Positions 36,889 through 41,270 of a stretch of DNA of 41,270 bases are shown here, piece after piece. The DNA comes from a virus (taxonomy: Duplodnaviria; Caudoviricetes), in IMG/VR virus record IMGVR_UViG_3300032607_001644, positions 1 to 41,270 of that record. The stretch is one strand, 5' to 3'. Position 1 is the stretch's first letter, and every line of letters starts with the position of its first letter. Below the pieces are notes generated by a model, which did no database searches, was not told the origin of the DNA, and worked only from the letters and a program-made list of their open reading frames with translations. Made by a program: the position numbers and the translations under genes.

Positions 36889-37989
36889 TTAGGTGATTCT
36901 CAAGCCAACAATTGTACGAGCATCGATACAAACGCGTCCTTCTTCGAGGAATCCGTAGAATCCTGTTTTCTCGGAGCGAGTTACGAATTGATCGTCTGGA
37001 AGAACATTGAATGTTCCACCGCTTTCGGCTTGACGAGCTACTGGACGGATAAAGGCTTCGCGACTTAGATCCAATCCAATTGCTAATTCTCCAGCGCCTA
37101 GAACTGTTTGACCAGCAGGGGTAGCTAGAGCATTATATAGTTGTGAGTATTTAGCATTTACGCCAAGCTCAACTAGTTCATGAAGGGTTACTCCATAAAT
37201 TTCTTGAACTCCAGCATTACGATAAATTTCTTCACGAGCAGCATCAGGAAGATTTGTTCCTGGTGAACTTGTGGTGAATGGTTGATAAGCAAATGCACGA
37301 ACATCAGCTTTGATCTCAGGACTTACGAATAGATCGGTTAGTCCATATGTATCAACTGTTGTACCACCAGCATATGAAGTATTGATTCTCTTTACGAGAG
37401 TCATTAGATTATTCAAATCTGCTAGTTGGAATGTATTGGCTGATGTACTTTGGATAACGTGTCCGTTAGCAACGTCAACTGTGAAGTTTCCGCTGTTTGT
37501 GAACTGTGATCTTGCTTCAGCAAGAGCTTTTAGAACAACTGCCCAAGCATTACGTTCTTGTTTTACGAGAACTTCATTGGTCATGCGTTCTACTGCTTTT
37601 CCTACAACATCAATACGACCACGACGAGCGTAGCGCTTTAAGAAGCTAACTGCACTGTCAAGGCGGTATGTTGAAACTTTAAGCTCACTGAATCCTTCAA
37701 CTGTTGAAGAAGGAAGACCACCTGCTACATTTTGACTCCAAACTGTAGTATAGTCTTGGCCTTGATCGAAGTATAGATCAAGAGGTAGACTTGGGGAATC
37801 ATCTTCATCATAAGGTGCATCAGTATAGATAGCACTGGCTGTGCCTGCTTGCATTAGAACCTTACTAACAACTGGTCCAATGAAAGCTGCAAAAGCTTCG
37901 GTGGCTTCTCTAGCAACGCCAACATCTCTGCTGGCCATAGCTTTGATAAGCTCAACTTGCTCTGGTGTATTTTTTAATTTGATTTTCAT
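36889..37989 (-). CDS. major capsid protein (HK97 fold)
   Basis: 366 aa after protease and decoration genes; strong SD AAAGGAG and a terminator; LFVSPE, IYGV.L and GFYGFLEEG patterns fit an HK97-fold capsid. Confidence 0.85.
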   Translation of the reverse strand: MKIKLKNTPEQVELIKAMASRDVGVAREATEAFAAFIGPVVSKVLMQAGTASAIYTDAPYDEDDSPSLPLDLYFDQGQDYTTVWSQNVAGGLPSSTVEGFSELKVSTYRLDSAVSFLKRYARRGRIDVVGKAVERMTNEVLVKQERNAWAVVLKALAEARSQFTNSGNFTVDVANGHVIQSTSANTFQLADLNNLMTLVKRINTSYAGGTTVDTYGLTDLFVSPEIKADVRAFAYQPFTTSSPGTNLPDAAREEIYRNAGVQEIYGVTLHELVELGVNAKYSQLYNALATPAGQTVLGAGELAIGLDLSREAFIRPVARQAESGGTFNVLPDDQFVTRSEKTGFYGFLEEGRVCIDARTIVGLRIT

Positions 37990-38014
37990 TTTTTTTAAAT
38001 TTCTCCTTTAAAAA

Positions 38015-38590
38015 TTAGAGTTGAATCTTAAGAGGAGCAACACCATTTACGGCTGTTCCTAGGAAGGTACCAACTTTGATTGCGCCTGCTGGTAGTGTAG
38101 TAGCAGCGGTTAAGCTTCCATTAGCACCTGCAGCAAGGAAAGCAACTTGACCTGCAGTGGCGGCTACGCCACTGTATAATACTACTCCACGAGTTAGTAC
38201 TGGTACGGTTTGCCCACTTACAACAACGCCCATTTCTGCGGCTTTGCGAGGGTTGAAAACTAATCTTTCGCCGTTTTCATCTAATTCGCGTACATCCATC
38301 AAGGTAATACCTAGTGGTTGATCGCCAGAACTAGCAACGGTTACTTTAGCAACTGTGCCAAAACGATCAGAAACTGTGTTATTATAAGCAGCACCAACTG
38401 AACCGAGAGATTCGATTGGATTACCGCCTAGCAAACCAGTACTGAATGGTTGAAAGCCAGGTGCAACTACTGTGACTACAGCGCCTTTTGTCTTAACTAC
38501 TGCAGCGGATTCATTTGCTCCACTATATGTGAAGTAGTTAACAACTTCGTGCTCACTGTAATCTCTAAATGGTCTTAAATTATGGGCCAT
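38015..38590 (-). CDS. capsid decoration/cement protein
   Basis: Between scaffold and capsid genes; PLGITL.DV, VVSGQTVPVLTRG, small and A/G/V-rich; SD AAGGAG. Confidence 0.7.
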   Translation of the reverse strand: MAHNLRPFRDYSEHEVVNYFTYSGANESAAVVKTKGAVVTVVAPGFQPFSTGLLGGNPIESLGSVGAAYNNTVSDRFGTVAKVTVASSGDQPLGITLMDVRELDENGERLVFNPRKAAEMGVVVSGQTVPVLTRGVVLYSGVAATAGQVAFLAAGANGSLTAATTLPAGAIKVGTFLGTAVNGVAPLKIQL

Positions 38591-38606
38591 ATTTTTTTCT
38601 CCTTAT

Positions 38607-40139
38607 TTATTTTACTATAAAACCGTCTTCAAAACTAAATGCTCTACTGTACTTTTCTTTTACAGTAGCTTCATTAGCTGTCGAAGAGTTGGGTAATGAA
38701 CTTTTTTCTAGTTTGGAATTGTCAATTACCTCATCTACAACTTCGGTTGTAGATTTCTCCAAATCGGTTGAAGCTTTAATTTCTTCTACTGAAGCCATGT
38801 TATTTTTCATTTCTTCTTTGGCTTTTTTAGTAGCTTTATTTTTTTCTTTCATTAGAACTGCCATTTTCTTTTTATAGGCAGCGAAAGCTTCATCTTCTAA
38901 ATCTTTAATATCTGTGGCTAAAACTTGACGATCTTCATCATTTAATTCGAATTCTTCGTCAAAGGAAGCCATGCGAACATTGAAATTCTCTTCTTTTACT
39001 TTAGCAAGTTTCTCTTGCTCGAGTTTTTCTAGGCTAGCTTTAATATTGGCTATTTCAGTTTTTAATTTTTCGCTCTCTTCTGCGAGTGAAGCATTTTTTG
39101 CCTCAACTTCTTTTAGAAGAGTTTCTTTTTCTGTTTTTTCAGAAACAAAAGTTTCGCTAGCTTTTTTAAGTTCTTCATTAATGAAGTCAGTTATGGACGA
39201 GGCCTTAACTTCTTTAAGAAGATCATCGGTAATTTGATTAATATTTTCTATTTTCATAATAATTCTTTCTATTATCCTAATATCCTTTACATTATTTTCC
39301 TCTGAATGTGAAATATTATTTTGGTCTGCTGACTCTTCAGATATTTGAACATCTGATTGATTTTGTTCGACTTTTTGTATTTCATCATTATTTTCTTGCT
39401 TAACGGCTACTCCTTCAACGTCTGCTGCTGGATTAATAGTTAAGCCTATGCCAAGAGGTACAACTTCTCCAGTTACCTCTCTATAAATATAAGTATTTTC
39501 ATTGATTCTTCCAGAACCGCCAAGAGCTTTCAAATTAGATGATAGTTTAGCTTTTTCTTGTTCAGAAGAGACAATTTTACCATTTTCTAAATTTTTATCT
39601 TTATCTTTTAAAAGTACTAGATTATAATCATTAAATCCAAGTTCCCAAGAAGCTGAGATACCCATATAATTTTCACTAGTTGGATCGTTACTCTCTTCTA
39701 TTAAGTTAGCTAGATTTTGATTAACTACTTTCCAGATAACTCCACCTAAAGTAATATTAAATGGCTCTTTCATATCTTTAATATCTAAATCTGCAAGAGA
39801 TTCATTAGATCCAAATTTACTAAAACTAGCATTTAATATACAGCCAACTACTCTTGTTCTATCGTGTTCAATATTAATTGGTTTATTAACAAAATATTTA
39901 GCGACTTCATAAGCGGTTTGGGCATTAATTACATCGCCATTTTTATTAACTCTATTCACTACACAAGCATCAAAAGCGACAGGAAGAAGATCTATATTCT
40001 TCTCTGAATCAATTTGTGGTAAAAATTTTCTTAAAGCGCTTAGAGATGCTACTGATAAATACTTGTCTTTATCTTCACTAACTATTGGCTTTAATTGAAG
40101 ATTTGCAAAGATTGTATTAAATTTAAATTTATTTTCCAT
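38607..40139 (-). CDS. prohead protease fused to a coiled-coil scaffold
   Basis: VNKNGDVI, KPINIEH (His), ISASWELGF (Ser), GIGLT.NPA; E/K-rich C-terminal ~216 aa. ATG at 40139 preferred. Confidence 0.8.
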   Translation of the reverse strand: MENKFKFNTIFANLQLKPIVSEDKDKYLSVASLSALRKFLPQIDSEKNIDLLPVAFDACVVNRVNKNGDVINAQTAYEVAKYFVNKPINIEHDRTRVVGCILNASFSKFGSNESLADLDIKDMKEPFNITLGGVIWKVVNQNLANLIEESNDPTSENYMGISASWELGFNDYNLVLLKDKDKNLENGKIVSSEQEKAKLSSNLKALGGSGRINENTYIYREVTGEVVPLGIGLTINPAADVEGVAVKQENNDEIQKVEQNQSDVQISEESADQNNISHSEENNVKDIRIIERIIMKIENINQITDDLLKEVKASSITDFINEELKKASETFVSEKTEKETLLKEVEAKNASLAEESEKLKTEIANIKASLEKLEQEKLAKVKEENFNVRMASFDEEFELNDEDRQVLATDIKDLEDEAFAAYKKKMAVLMKEKNKATKKAKEEMKNNMASVEEIKASTDLEKSTTEVVDEVIDNSKLEKSSLPNSSTANEATVKEKYSRAFSFEDGFIVK

Positions 40140-40143
40140 AATT

Positions 40144-40731
40144 TTATATATTACTAAAATCAAAAAGAATTACGCCGTCTTCTTCATCGTCTAGATATAA
40201 TTCATCTTCTGAAATAAAATCAAAACCATTGAGATCATGTTTTTTAATATCTTCTTCTGCTTCGTTAATGTCTTCTTCGTTAGGTTCAAAACCAGCTTCA
40301 ATTATGTAATCATTTGTTGAAGCGCGAGCAATATCGCTATCAGCTTTGCGGTAAGAATCTTTTACTGATTTTCCACTTACCATTCTTAAAAATGTATTTA
40401 CTCTTGCCATCGCCCAAGCAGTTCTAGATAAACCAGGCCTATGAGATGAGGAGAAAGCTCCAGCGCCTCTTCTAAAAACTTTTTTTAATTGCCCTAATGT
40501 TACTTTTTTCTTGTTTTTGCTATTATGCTCTTTAACTTTATTTTTAAGAGCCTCTACCACTTTTTTAGAAAATTCAATTGCCTTATCACTTTTAGTTCCT
40601 GCGCTTCCAGGTTTATTGCGAGATGAACCCTTTTTTCTTTCTGATGGTTTTGCTGGAGTTTGGGCGGCAGATTTTGGTCCTTTTCTTTTAGCGTTTAATT
40701 CAAATCCATATTGTTCAGAATTATAATTCAT
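40144..40731 (-). CDS. basic/acidic protein with an LKKVFRRG..SHRPG..WAMARVN motif (DUF5824-like, from memory)
   Basis: K/R-rich N-terminal part, acidic tail; GTGTATAA variant at 40740-40747. Confidence 0.6.
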   Translation of the reverse strand: MNYNSEQYGFELNAKRKGPKSAAQTPAKPSERKKGSSRNKPGSAGTKSDKAIEFSKKVVEALKNKVKEHNSKNKKKVTLGQLKKVFRRGAGAFSSSHRPGLSRTAWAMARVNTFLRMVSGKSVKDSYRKADSDIARASTNDYIIEAGFEPNEEDINEAEEDIKKHDLNGFDFISEDELYLDDEEDGVILFDFSNI

Positions 40732-40773
40732 TCTATATATTATACACTATAAAAGCCTTATATATGATCAAAA

Positions 40774-40923
40774 TTACTTTTTATAGAGCTCTTTGCTAAT
40801 ATCGTCTGCTGACCCCATGGTTGGTGTTTCTGGGTATTTAGTTGGTAATTCTCTAGTATCTAAATTTGGTTCAGAACAAGATATCAATAAAAATAGCGGT
40901 AATATCAATAATAGCTTCTTCAT
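40774..40923 (-). CDS. 49-aa lipoprotein not in the ORF track; possible o-spanin or lysis accessory
   Basis: MKKLLLILPLFLLISCSEPNLDTRELPTKYPETPTMGSADDISKELYKK: basic N-terminus, hydrophobic core, lipobox LISC; GTGTAATA 6 nt upstream. Confidence 0.8.
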   Translation of the reverse strand: MKKLLLILPLFLLISCSEPNLDTRELPTKYPETPTMGSADDISKELYKK

Positions 40924-40931
40924 AAAAGATA

Positions 40932-41270
40932 TTACACGTTTAAAGATTGCTCGATTAGTTTAGCTTCTGCATCTCTTCGCCTATTCATGCCCTTTTCAAT
41001 ACTTCCCCCAGCCCATATTCTTTTCATATTTCTTATTTGGTTAGCTATAAATGTTAACGCTTTTTGATCAAAAGTATTTGTTATTCTCATGCCATCTCTT
41101 ATTAATTTCATTTCGCGGCGACGATCACCTTCAAGAGCATTTCCACGATTAAATACAAGGCTCACTAATCCTCCTTTTGCATCTTCTGGCATTTTATCAA
41201 AATTAGGAAAAGTATCTTTTGTTAAGTTCCAAAATTTAGTTACAGTTTTATTATTGAAAACTTGCAGTGA
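40932..41270 (-). CDS. lysozyme-fold endolysin (GH24/pesticin-like), 5'-truncated
   Basis: Frame is open to the window end (SLQVFNN...FPNFDKMP); GLVSLVFNRG and GMNRRRDAEA are typical of the phage lysozyme C-terminal lobe. Confidence 0.8.
   Translation of the reverse strand, partial: SLQVFNNKTVTKFWNLTKDTFPNFDKMPEDAKGGLVSLVFNRGNALEGDRRREMKLIRDGMRITNTFDQKALTFIANQIRNMKRIWAGGSIEKGMNRRRDAEAKLIEQSLNV

Noticed and set aside
774-40726. Short ORFs antisense to, or out of frame within, long genes (e.g. 774-1043, 5184-5441, 8791-9039, 13002-13331, 34082-34363, 35741-36046, 37310-37633, 38569-38877)
   Set aside because: They lie wholly or largely within well-supported genes, have no motifs or initiation signals, and are expected as shadow ORFs.
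1-41270. Alternative genetic code, tRNA genes, introns or inteins
   Set aside because: Genes are full-length and tightly packed under the standard code; intergenic gaps are short and accounted for; no intein or homing-endonuclease motifs were recognised by eye.

Overview
AT-rich segment of a large tailed dsDNA phage, probably a siphovirus with a lambda/T5-like tail; the host cannot be identified from this window. The left 5.7 kb (+ strand) is a replication/modification block: the 3' part of a DnaE-type polymerase, a Whirly/PC4-like ssDNA-binding candidate, two glycosyltransferase ORFs and a Rad52-like annealing protein, with sigma70-type promoters. The rest is the morphogenesis region. On the - strand, read from the right end, are an endolysin, a lipoprotein missing from the ORF track, protease/scaffold, decoration protein, major capsid protein, a fibre cluster, a GT9-like gene, neck genes, tail tube, two chaperones and a 2285-aa tape measure protein (TMP). 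A lambda-like M-L-K-I-J tail-tip cassette lies on the + strand. A GTGTAA(T) motif precedes about 12 late genes. The best candidate for a new system is the TMP. It looks like a modular polyprotein in which four G-[FL]-[IV]-P-N-F motifs and paired ~80-aa units bracket a ~270-aa cargo with a PD-(D/E)xK nuclease signature, and a second duplicated unit brackets another insert. Other leads are a GT9 split across two ORFs, [S/T]-G enrichment in virion proteins (possible virion glycosylation), leaderless transcripts and 4-codon uORFs. All protein calls come from reading motifs by eye; no searches were run.
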